Of a stretch of DNA of 64,000 nt, positions 9,756 through 16,879 are shown one piece after another (positions within the stretch are counted from its first letter, which is position 1; every line of letters begins with the position of its first letter). The notes beneath the pieces are model-generated. The model saw only the letters and a program-made list of their open reading frames with translations. It was not told where the DNA came from and made no database searches. The stretch is from a virus (Duplodnaviria > Caudoviricetes): IMG/VR virus record IMGVR_UViG_3300031853_000035, positions 2,575-66,574 of that record. The stretch is one strand, 5' to 3'. Made by a program: the position numbers and the translations under genes.

Positions 9756-10985
9756 ATGTTTGCAAATGTATTGAGCGAGGCCGTATCCCTTGGTATAATC
9801 GATCTGACCCATCTCCAAGGGATAGTGGAAATGAAAAAAGAAGACTTATATTTGAAAAACCACGCCTTTAGCATATGGCAAGGCAAGAACGGCAAGTGGT
9901 ATACGTATCTGCCGAGCGCAAACGGAAGGAGGCTTGTAAAGAAAAGCAGCGAGGAAGATTTAAAAGCCGCTATTGTGTCTTTCTACAAGGAAGAAGATAA
10001 GAAAGATTCACTAACATTTATAGATGTCTACCATGAATGGAGGGAATTTAAAGACAAACTGGTAGATGGAAACTCAGTTGCGAAGTACGAAACGGATGAG
10101 AGGAGGTACTTTACGGATCCGTTTTTCTCTAGAAGGATTGATATTTACATAGAAGATGAGATCATGGTACAAATTAGGACTATGATTGACGAAAAGAAGT
10201 TATGCAAAAGCGCTACGAAGTCACTAGTTGGATACATTAAGAATACTTTCACCTTTGCACTTAGAAAGGGATACATACAAAAAGACCCTTGTGCATTTAT
10301 AACGCCAAAGGTCTTCAACAAGTATTGCTACGCATCTAAAAGGTCCGCTAAGAGCCAGGTAATTGAGCGAGCCGATATAGGTAAGCTAAATGATATTTTT
10401 AAGGAAGATTACCTAAAGCGGCCGTGGTATATGCCAACTTATGCCGTTGAGATGGCGTCTTTAACTGGCATGAGAGTTGGCGAATTGTCTGCTCTTAGGT
10501 GGGACCATGTGCTATCAGACTATATTTTAGTTGATTCTTCCGAAAAATACAAGAGGAAGAGTAAAGAGTATTGTGTTGAGAGCACAAAGAACGATAAGAT
10601 CAGGGCTTTTCCTTTGACGGATGAGCTTAAAGACCTTCTTCGGCGTATACGATTAGCGCAGGAGGAATACGTTGGCAAAAGCGAGTGGATATTTGCAGAT
10701 GAAAATGGAAGGATACACGCACCAGTTATCTCATCTTGCATAAAGAATAAATGCCGGATGCTTGGAATAACTGAGAGGGGCATACACGCATATCGAAAGA
10801 CTCTAAATTCAGCTATGAGAGCAAACGGTGTCCCATCTGTTGTCGCTGCTTCGATTATCGGTAATTCTGTTGAGGTGAACGACAAATACTATACGTATGA
10901 CGTCGCCACAATAAAAGAAAAGAGCCTAGCAGTAAGCCAGGCCCTAAAGGTAATCAAAGGTAATCAGGCAGCTATGTTAGGTTAA
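9756..10985 (+). CDS. int: Tyrosine integrase
   Basis: TGMRVGELSAL, HAYRK, IGNS (Asn at the second His position), YYTY; attP immediately downstream. Confidence 0.93.
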   Translation: MFANVLSEAVSLGIIDLTHLQGIVEMKKEDLYLKNHAFSIWQGKNGKWYTYLPSANGRRLVKKSSEEDLKAAIVSFYKEEDKKDSLTFIDVYHEWREFKDKLVDGNSVAKYETDERRYFTDPFFSRRIDIYIEDEIMVQIRTMIDEKKLCKSATKSLVGYIKNTFTFALRKGYIQKDPCAFITPKVFNKYCYASKRSAKSQVIERADIGKLNDIFKEDYLKRPWYMPTYAVEMASLTGMRVGELSALRWDHVLSDYILVDSSEKYKRKSKEYCVESTKNDKIRAFPLTDELKDLLRRIRLAQEEYVGKSEWIFADENGRIHAPVISSCIKNKCRMLGITERGIHAYRKTLNSAMRANGVPSVVAASIIGNSVEVNDKYYTYDVATIKEKSLAVSQALKVIKGNQAAMLG

Positions 10986-11117
10986 GTCCGATTACCAATG
11001 ATTCTAAAAGAAAAATCGGGGTAACAGGATTTGAACCTGCGACCTCACGGGTCGCGAAATAGCGAAAAAGCGTGATATTTACAGTGCTTAAGTAAGCAGG
11101 TAATCAAAAAGTAATCA
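10949..11117. repeat. Integrase arm-type sites (GGTAATCA family) flanking the attP core
   Basis: GGTAATCA at 10949, 10959 and 11099, AGTAATCA at 11110, inverted GATTACC at 10990. Confidence 0.7.
11016..11050 (-). other. attP core: 3' part of a tRNA (probably tRNA-Pro); not a complete tRNA
   Basis: Minus strand reads ccgtgaggtcgcaGGTTCAAATCCtgttaccccga (T-arm plus an acceptor ending ACCCCGA, typical of tRNA-Pro); no D-arm or 5' half. Confidence 0.85.
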
Positions 11118-11154
11118 AGAAAGGAGAGTCCTTGGAGATGGGCTCTTTTTTTTT

Positions 11155-11179
11155 TCGCAGACTTTTCATCTCCTATAAT
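11155..11179 (+). promoter_or_regulatory. Phage-specific promoter motif, copy 4
   Basis: TCGCA gacttttCAtctcc TATAAT. Confidence 0.8.
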
Positions 11180-11212
11180 GAAACTATTGATGCTTTATTA
11201 AGGAGGATTAAC

Positions 11213-11431
11213 ATGGAAGAGAAGCTTAAAAGGATTGAAGAAGTTGAGCGGAAACTTAGAAGATTTGAGCGGAAAGGTTATAAACTTATGGCTGAACTTA
11301 GAGCAATTGAAGCCTATGACTGTAGCCTTTCTGCCAAATGGGCAGATGATTCGTTCGCTCGGACAATCAAATGGAGCAACGGCACCATTAATACTGCTCG
11401 TGAATGGGCATTGAAGGAAATTGAAAAATGA
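11213..11431 (+). CDS. 72-aa coiled-coil hypothetical protein
   Basis: AAGGAGG RBS, ATG at 11213. Confidence 0.75.
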   Translation: MEEKLKRIEEVERKLRRFERKGYKLMAELRAIEAYDCSLSAKWADDSFARTIKWSNGTINTAREWALKEIEK

Positions 11432-11435
11432 TGGT

Positions 11436-11476
11436 AAGCTCCTGGGACATAAAAATCTCAGGGGCTTTATATTTTT
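11436..11476 (+). terminator. Intrinsic terminator
   Basis: aagctcctggga...tctcaggggctt + T-rich tail. Confidence 0.75.
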
Positions 11477-11492
11477 CGTCAGTTTTGCTAAA

Positions 11493-11521
11493 TTGTATAC
11501 TGTTCTGGCTTATGATATACT
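11493..11521 (+). promoter_or_regulatory. Host sigma-A-type promoter
   Basis: TTGTAT-17 nt-TATACT with TGn extended -10. Confidence 0.6.
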
Positions 11522-11551
11522 TGCCTCTATCAAAATGAAGGAGGTTACTAT

Positions 11552-11818
11552 ATGTCAAGGTATACTAATGAACAGATCAAAGAAGCTGTTGAACATTTAA
11601 CAAATGACCCATTAGGCTGTTGCATAAGACCTGAAAAAATAGATTATTTTGATCAGAGTGTACAGATTAGAGTTAAGTCGCGAAGCGGTAAAGAGTCACA
11701 TATTTTACATTACGAATTTGAGGAAGATGGGCATTTAAATGTTTGGGGTGGATACAGTAGTGAAAGTAGTAAAATGAAATTTGCACATCAATTAGTAAAC
11801 TTTCTTCAAGCTCTCTAA
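11552..11818 (+). CDS. 88-aa hypothetical protein (moron-like)
   Basis: AAGGAGG RBS; has its own host-type promoter and a gctctc/gagggc terminator. Confidence 0.75.
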   Translation: MSRYTNEQIKEAVEHLTNDPLGCCIRPEKIDYFDQSVQIRVKSRSGKESHILHYEFEEDGHLNVWGGYSSESSKMKFAHQLVNFLQAL

Positions 11819-11835
11819 ATAGAGGGCTTTTTTTT

Positions 11836-11860
11836 TCGCAAATAATACATGCCATATAAC
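11836..11860 (+). promoter_or_regulatory. Phage-specific promoter motif, copy 5
   Basis: TCGCA aataataCAtgcca TATAAC. Confidence 0.75.
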
Positions 11861-11894
11861 GACAGAGAAGTTCACAAAAGAAAGGAGATACATT

Positions 11895-12176
11895 ATGAAT
11901 GCATATGTCGTAACCTGCTTGATGAGTGCATTTACCGATGAGGTAGCGGACTATAAAGATCGTAAGATTCTTGGCGCGTTTGGAACGAGGAGTCGAGCAA
12001 TGACATTTATCCTTGGGATAGATGCAGTTGAAGTAGAATTCCCGATAGCAACGAAGGTCAAGATACTTGCGTCTTCTGACATTACTTTAAAGGATGCTGT
12101 GCGTATCGGACGAGGATTGGACGAAGAAACAGAGTGGTATTTTGAATTTAACATTGAAAAGGTTCCTGTCAAATAA
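11895..12176 (+). CDS. 93-aa hypothetical protein
   Basis: GAAAGGAG RBS. Confidence 0.75.
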   Translation: MNAYVVTCLMSAFTDEVADYKDRKILGAFGTRSRAMTFILGIDAVEVEFPIATKVKILASSDITLKDAVRIGRGLDEETEWYFEFNIEKVPVK

Positions 12177-12181
12177 AAGTT

Positions 12182-12214
12182 ACCCTCGGGAGAAATCCTG
12201 AGGGTTTTTATTTT
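12182..12214 (+). terminator. Intrinsic terminator
   Basis: accctcggg-agaaat-cctgagggt + T-tract. Confidence 0.8.
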
Positions 12215-12266
12215 TGTTGTATACTAATGTTCGTTCCTACAATTTTATTTTCAAAGGAGGTTAAAC

Positions 12267-12673
12267 ATGGGAACAAACGTTAGAGTAAAGCTCTCAAAAA
12301 GGGGCGCTATTATTTAAGCAAAGAAAGGAGACTGGAGTTAACGCACTTTTGCTTGCAGTATTATGAGTGGAAAAGGGAGCTTACCGCAATAAATATGCTT
12401 CCTGTATGCTCATATCAGGAGGTTAAAGGTAGTATTCCTAGTGATACAACTGCGAAAACGGCACTGAGAGACTTATATTTTAAGGAAAAGTGCGAAATGG
12501 TAGAAAGGTCCGCAAGAGAATGTGATCCGGACATCGGATCGTTTATATTTGAAGCGGTAACTACTGGAAAGAGTTTTTCATGCTTTGAAGCTTCTGGAAT
12601 ACCTTGCGGAAGAGACATGTTTTATGACAGACTGCGCAAATTCTATTGGATCCTCGATAAGTATCGCAAATAA
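12267..12673 (+). pseudogene. Frameshifted gene (ArpU/RinA-like regulator type), broken at an A5G4 run near 12296..12304
   Basis: RBS-led frame MGTNVRVKLSK stops at 12317; the -1 frame continues YYLSKERRLELTHFCLQYYEWK...IPCGRDMFYDRLRKFYWIL. Confidence 0.65.
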
Positions 12674-12688
12674 TTCATCTTCTATAAT
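12664..12688 (+). promoter_or_regulatory. Phage-specific promoter motif, copy 6
   Basis: TCGCA aataattCAtcttc TATAAT. Confidence 0.8.
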
Positions 12689-12809
12689 GAGAATAAATTA
12701 AGAAAGGAGGTATGATCTGTTAGGTAACTGACAGATGCCTGAAATCTAAAATTTAATAACATAACCCCATACGGAATGACCTGTGATATTTCATGGGTCA
12801 TTTCTTTTT
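12689..12809 (+). ncRNA. Short transcript with a perfect SD but only a 3-codon ORF (M-I-C-stop)
   Basis: AGAAAGGAGGT-ATG ATC TGT TAG; atctgt/acagat hairpin; aatgacc...ggtcatt terminator. Confidence 0.45.
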
Positions 12810-12834
12810 TCGCAGATTTTTCATATCCTATAAT
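12810..12834 (+). promoter_or_regulatory. Phage-specific promoter motif, copy 7
   Basis: TCGCA gatttttCAtatcc TATAAT. Confidence 0.8.
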
Positions 12835-13070
12835 GAAAAGAAGCTTAATGCCACCGGAAGGGGAGTATGCTTAAGGAGCATTGAGTAAAAAGATTTTACT
12901 GTTTGAGTGAATTGACACATTTCAAAACTTAAAGGTGAGCTTAGACGTCAACAGTGTAATAAACTGCGGCGGATCCGAGAACACCCGGCGGGTAAATATA
13001 AAATGACGAATTATTAACGTCAACCTGAGAGCTGGGGCCAATCGCCGGTAAATCATATCTTTTTTATTTT
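12835..13070 (+). ncRNA. Candidate structured RNA (about 230 nt)
   Basis: No RBS-led ORF; stems aatgc/gcatt, agtaaaa/ttttact, cagt/actg, ccggcg/cgccgg, gacg/cgtc; 5' gaaaaga pairs with 3' tcttttt. Confidence 0.6.
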
Positions 13071-13071
13071 T

Positions 13072-13096
13072 TCGCAAATAAATCATCTCCTATAAT
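13072..13096 (+). promoter_or_regulatory. Phage-specific promoter motif, copy 8
   Basis: TCGCA aataaatCAtctcc TATAAT. Confidence 0.8.
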
Positions 13097-13132
13097 GATA
13101 CAATTATTGATTTTTCAATAGGAGGAAACGAA

Positions 13133-13339
13133 ATGAAAAATGACTTAATCGGAAGAGGTATGGCGCTTGTTGTTGTACTCATGATTGTGGCGTGTATTAT
13201 GCATCCGTCGCTCTGGATTGGAGCGTTTGGTGCGATACTCAACATTTTAATCTGGGTGCTGTTAGCAAAGATCGTCTGCCGGCTTGTGTTTAAGAAGTCG
13301 ATCAGAGAATTGATTCTTGGCGAAAAAGACGACGATTGA
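13133..13339 (+). CDS. 68-aa membrane protein
   Basis: Two hydrophobic segments; AGGAGG RBS. Confidence 0.75.
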   Translation: MKNDLIGRGMALVVVLMIVACIMHPSLWIGAFGAILNILIWVLLAKIVCRLVFKKSIRELILGEKDDD

Positions 13340-13379
13340 TCTAATGCGAGGTACGTGTAATCGCTGTAATTACATGGCC

Positions 13380-13404
13380 TCGCAGTTTTTTCATATCCTC
13401 TAAT
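13380..13404 (+). promoter_or_regulatory. Phage-specific promoter motif, copy 9 (overlaps the 3' arm of a hairpin)
   Basis: TCGCA gttttttCAtatcc TCTAAT; gcgagg...cctcgc hairpin. Confidence 0.7.
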
Positions 13405-13439
13405 GAAAAGAAACTAACCAATATTCAAAGGAGGATATT

Positions 13440-13673
13440 ATGAATAGAATAACTAAAACTAGCATTGGTATTGTGATTTGCATGATGATCGGAGCTGTTG
13501 GAATAGCTGCTGTGACATTGGCATTGAGCATGGCTTGTGTGTATACAAGTCTGTTCGATGGGTGGAGCAGCATGTCCATTACACTGCTCTGGCTCGGACT
13601 GGATATTTTTATGGTATCAGCGCCGTTTGGTAATTGGATTTATAAACTGACTGGAAAGGAGGAGCAGAAGTAA
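13440..13673 (+). CDS. 77-aa membrane protein
   Basis: Two hydrophobic segments; AAGGAGG RBS. Confidence 0.75.
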   Translation: MNRITKTSIGIVICMMIGAVGIAAVTLALSMACVYTSLFDGWSSMSITLLWLGLDIFMVSAPFGNWIYKLTGKEEQK

Positions 13674-13717
13674 GTTCAACGAGGCATCGCGTATTATACG
13701 TGGTGTCTCGGCTTTTC

Positions 13718-13742
13718 TCGCAGATTTTTCATCTCCTATAAT
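13718..13742 (+). promoter_or_regulatory. Phage-specific promoter motif, copy 10
   Basis: TCGCA gatttttCAtctcc TATAAT. Confidence 0.8.
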
Positions 13743-13782
13743 GAACACTAATTTTATATTTTCCATTATAGGAGGTACAAAA

Positions 13783-13959
13783 ATGAGAAACTGGTTAAAA
13801 ACAAAAGCAACTGAAATGACCATCGGAGATACACTTAAGTATACCGGATTGATCACGATCGTTGCCTACGGACCGGTTCTTGTTGCTATGTATTGGAGTA
13901 GCATCAAGAGCAAGTGCGGAGAAATGATCGGCATCATAAAGGAAAAGCTTGGGAGGTGA
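13783..13959 (+). CDS. 58-aa single-helix membrane protein
   Basis: AGGAGGT RBS, ATG at 13783. Confidence 0.75.
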   Translation: MRNWLKTKATEMTIGDTLKYTGLITIVAYGPVLVAMYWSSIKSKCGEMIGIIKEKLGR

Positions 13960-13962
13960 TCC

Positions 13963-14028
13963 ATGGGCACATTAGGGATCATTTTAATCATAATCGGATG
14001 TGTACTTGTTATTATGAGTAACGATTGA
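13963..14028 (+). CDS. 21-aa hydrophobic micropeptide MGTLGIILIIIGCVLVIMSND
   Basis: GGGAGGTGA RBS; ends just before a terminator. Confidence 0.6.
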   Translation: MGTLGIILIIIGCVLVIMSND

Positions 14029-14039
14029 TGTTCACTTAA

Positions 14040-14078
14040 GACCATGCATGAATGGAAAGTTCACATGGTCTTTTTTTT
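14040..14078 (+). terminator. Intrinsic terminator
   Basis: gaccatg...catggtc + T8. Confidence 0.8.
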
Positions 14079-14126
14079 CTTCACGAGCTCTCAAATAGAG
14101 CAAGTCAGTAACGAAGTTATCTGAGT

Positions 14127-14151
14127 TCGCAGATAAATCATGGGCTTTAAT
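14127..14151 (+). promoter_or_regulatory. Phage-specific promoter motif, copy 11
   Basis: TCGCA gataaatCAtgggc TTTAAT. Confidence 0.7.
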
Positions 14152-14187
14152 GGTACACATAGAACCATTTAAAGAAAGGAGAAACGT

Positions 14188-14631
14188 ATGGTTGTACAGT
14201 TTAGAGATGAATACGAGAAACGGCTTTATGAAGCTAATCAGAAAATTCTCGAATGCTATGCAATGCTGGATCCGTCTGATGATGATTATACCGAAAAGAT
14301 GGAAGCCTTAGCTAAACTGCAGAAGGAAATCGCAGTCGACTACAAAGCATATGGCGATCTTGACATTGAGGAAGCCCAGAACAAGCTCGAAGAAGAGAAA
14401 CTTGTTCATGAGAAGAAATCGAGCAAGATTGGACATATTTTGCAGGGAGCCGGCTTGGCGTTGTCCGGATGTACGTTTATCTTTGGCCAGGTTATGAAGG
14501 ATAAACATTTCAAACGTGCCAGTAAATTTGAGGAAGAGAATGCGTATCTGAAGACTTCTGATAAGAAGGCCGTTGATGACGCGCTCAGGGATGATCAACC
14601 GACAAAGAATTTCTTCCAGTTTTGGAAGTAA
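14188..14631 (+). CDS. 147-aa coiled-coil protein with a C-proximal hydrophobic segment
   Basis: AGAAAGGAG RBS. Confidence 0.75.
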   Translation: MVVQFRDEYEKRLYEANQKILECYAMLDPSDDDYTEKMEALAKLQKEIAVDYKAYGDLDIEEAQNKLEEEKLVHEKKSSKIGHILQGAGLALSGCTFIFGQVMKDKHFKRASKFEEENAYLKTSDKKAVDDALRDDQPTKNFFQFWK

Positions 14632-14636
14632 GTACC

Positions 14637-14664
14637 AAAGACCTCGGGAAAATTTCTCGGGGTC
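14637..14664 (+). terminator. Terminator-like hairpin, identical 28-mer repeated at 21276..21303
   Basis: aaagacctcgggaaaatttctcggggtc. Confidence 0.75.
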
Positions 14665-14687
14665 TGTGTTTTTGAAAGGAGAATGAA

Positions 14688-15242
14688 ATGGATAAAAACT
14701 GTTCAACATGCCTTTACTCTGCGCGTGGACATAAATACGAAGTGATTGAAGCGATTTGCAGAGAATGTGATCCAGAAAAATTTACGAACTGGCATCCAGA
14801 CTACAGAAGTATGCTTACCGTGGACTACAAGGACAAATGGGATAAATGCGCAGAGATATCTGAATATGCTTTCAATCGCATACGCGAAATGTTTGAGAAG
14901 AAAGGCTACGGGCCGCTTAATGATCAGGCTGTTAAAGCGGACGCTGGCAAGCCGAAGCTCACGTTGGTTCCCAGGCAGATTCTATTCGACGTTGCGAGAG
15001 TCAGAGAATACGGCAACAACAAGTATCCGGATGGCGGCGTAGATAATTGGAAGAACGTCGACGTACAACGGTACCGTGACGCTGCGTTCAGGCATTTCGT
15101 GGCATATCTTAACAATCCGTATGGCACGGATGAAGAGTCCGGACTGCCGCATCTTTGGCATCTGGCGTGTAATATTGCGTTTCTTTGCGAGATGGAGAAG
15201 GATGGGTACTGCTTAATTGGCGCGGAGGTAAAAGATGACTAA
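14688..15242 (+). CDS. dATP/dGTP diphosphohydrolase-domain protein (DUF5664-like) with a Cys-rich N-terminus
   Basis: KADAGKPKLTLVP...YGNNKY...NWK...AFRH...DEESGLPHLWHLACNIAFL. Confidence 0.8.
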   Translation: MDKNCSTCLYSARGHKYEVIEAICRECDPEKFTNWHPDYRSMLTVDYKDKWDKCAEISEYAFNRIREMFEKKGYGPLNDQAVKADAGKPKLTLVPRQILFDVARVREYGNNKYPDGGVDNWKNVDVQRYRDAAFRHFVAYLNNPYGTDEESGLPHLWHLACNIAFLCEMEKDGYCLIGAEVKDD

Positions 15243-15540
15243 AAGAATTCGTGTAGCCTTTGCTAGACCGTTAATTCTTATGGACTTCCATAAAGCAAAT
15301 ATACAGGACGCTTCGTATCATGCGTATGTACAGCTCTTATGCAGGCATAATATTAAGATATCTGCGCCGGAGTTTTACATGTATCACTTCGAAATTACAA
15401 TAACGGCAGATGATGAGTTGGCGCTTCGTAACCCCGGAAAGAGGCTGCGCGGTATTGGTCGTTATTTGCTGAACAAATGGCCGGAAAAGTACGGACCAAT
15501 GAAAGTCGGTAGCCGGCTTTTTTATTTTGCGGAGGTATAG
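15235..15540 (+). CDS. 101-aa hypothetical protein
   Basis: GGAGGT RBS; overlaps the upstream stop. Confidence 0.7.
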   Translation: MTKRIRVAFARPLILMDFHKANIQDASYHAYVQLLCRHNIKISAPEFYMYHFEITITADDELALRNPGKRLRGIGRYLLNKWPEKYGPMKVGSRLFYFAEV

Positions 15541-15546
15541 CGCCGT

Positions 15547-15744
15547 ATGACCAGCAGCGTGATATTTTGCCCTAATTGCGGAAGGGCGTCAAAAGTTATT
15601 GACACGCAAAAACGCAGTGACGGATCAATTCATAGGATAAGGAGCTGCAAACCGTGTCTTAAGAGGTGGGAGACTGTCGAAATACTGGTGGAGGAGTCCG
15701 TTAGGTGGTCTCTTCCACGTAATAAGCATAAAGAAAGGGGATAA
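15547..15744 (+). CDS. Stand-alone NrdR-like zinc-ribbon protein
   Basis: CPNCG...SKVIDT...IHRIRSCKPCLKRWETVE; no ATP cone. Confidence 0.75.
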   Translation: MTSSVIFCPNCGRASKVIDTQKRSDGSIHRIRSCKPCLKRWETVEILVEESVRWSLPRNKHKERG

Positions 15745-15746
15745 GA

Positions 15747-16043
15747 ATGGTCACTCATGTTTGCTATTACCGAAAATTGCAAGCTATTTTAGATCTTGGG
15801 TTTAACTTAAAAGAATATATTGATGGTTGCTTCGAGTTTGGTTTAAATTCAGATCCGGATGTCAGAGTTATATTAGACTGCACCGGCATTGATGGAGAGT
15901 ATGTATTACACTCACAATACTATGACGATAGAATTGAGGATTATGTTAGCTATGGTCTTGATGAAAAGCAGCTCGATAGATTTCTAGCATTTATGAAGAT
16001 ATTGTCGAAGATGAAAGTAATTCCGGTGCCGGTATGGAACTAG
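15747..16043 (+). CDS. 98-aa hypothetical protein
   Basis: GAAAGGGG RBS; tight packing. Confidence 0.65.
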   Translation: MVTHVCYYRKLQAILDLGFNLKEYIDGCFEFGLNSDPDVRVILDCTGIDGEYVLHSQYYDDRIEDYVSYGLDEKQLDRFLAFMKILSKMKVIPVPVWN

Positions 16044-16059
16044 TAGAAAGGAGATAAGA

Positions 16060-16518
16060 ATGGGAGCTGTAGTAACGCTTGTTAAAGAAAAAACGGATGA
16101 TATGGTCAGCGTAAAGGATGCTGCCATGCTTCTCGGTGCTGGATATTCTACCGTAAACAGATGGGTATATGATGGAAAGATCCCGGCGTGCAAAGTTAAA
16201 GGATCAAAGACTCATTATATTAAGATTGATGATCTCAATAGCTTTGAGCAGAACGGGTCAATTAGAAAGCGTGGATGCAAAAAGAAAGTGCGCTCATCTG
16301 TTGAGATTTTGGAGACCATGTCGGACACACAGCAGGAGCTTTTACTCGAAGCATATGCCGCGACAGCAAAGCTCTTAGCAATAACGTTTGATATTGATCA
16401 GATCGGCATGATTAAGGCAACGCTCAATAACCTTATTAATAACGACGAGACACTTAGCAGCGTGCTTGAGACGGCGCCGGAGATCATCGAGGCCCTTCCT
16501 AAGAAAGGAGAGAACTAA
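16060..16518 (+). CDS. Excisionase-like HTH (HTH_17/MerR-like) protein
   Basis: SVKDAAMLLGAGYSTVNRWVYDGKIPACK. Confidence 0.75.
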   Translation: MGAVVTLVKEKTDDMVSVKDAAMLLGAGYSTVNRWVYDGKIPACKVKGSKTHYIKIDDLNSFEQNGSIRKRGCKKKVRSSVEILETMSDTQQELLLEAYAATAKLLAITFDIDQIGMIKATLNNLINNDETLSSVLETAPEIIEALPKKGEN

Positions 16519-16523
16519 ATTAA

Positions 16524-16877
16524 ATGAGCAGCTATCTTAAGAAGCTGGCTAAGGCAGTGAACCGAATAAATAACCTTCGAAGGTTTGGCACGCCCGTGGT
16601 CTGGGCTTATATGCTATATGTCTGTGAGGATTGCGGCAATAGGCTTTTCATGTATTTAGAAGAAGGACTTGAGCAAGGCGGAGCGCGACATAAGCCCGTT
16701 CCGTTCGCTATTAGGTGTCCGAAATGCGGTGGGTTTCATTGCTACGACGTAACCGGGTTGATTAAGCTTACGTCTGGACCGAGAGCATTGAACGCAAAAG
16801 AACATTATTTTAAGAACACGCTAAAAGATGACTGCGGTATTCCGGTACATCCGGCGAATATAGAAAGGGATGAATAA
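16524..16877 (+). CDS. Zinc-ribbon protein
   Basis: CEDCG and CPKCGG pairs. Confidence 0.7.
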   Translation: MSSYLKKLAKAVNRINNLRRFGTPVVWAYMLYVCEDCGNRLFMYLEEGLEQGGARHKPVPFAIRCPKCGGFHCYDVTGLIKLTSGPRALNAKEHYFKNTLKDDCGIPVHPANIERDE

Positions 16878-16879
16878 GC

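Noticed and set aside
11016-11050. Functional tRNA gene
   Set aside because: Only the T-arm and 3' acceptor strand are present; no D-arm or 5' strand; it is an attP core
12960-13030. tmRNA (taaatataa...aatgacgaa resembles a resume region and an NDE tag)
   Set aside because: No tRNA-Ala-like 5' and 3' ends and no T-arm/CCA; the tag would not end in ALAA-like residues
14688-15242. Z-genome (2-aminoadenine) or deazaguanine system
   Set aside because: No PurZ, Que/Fol or DpdA genes recognised; kept only as an open question
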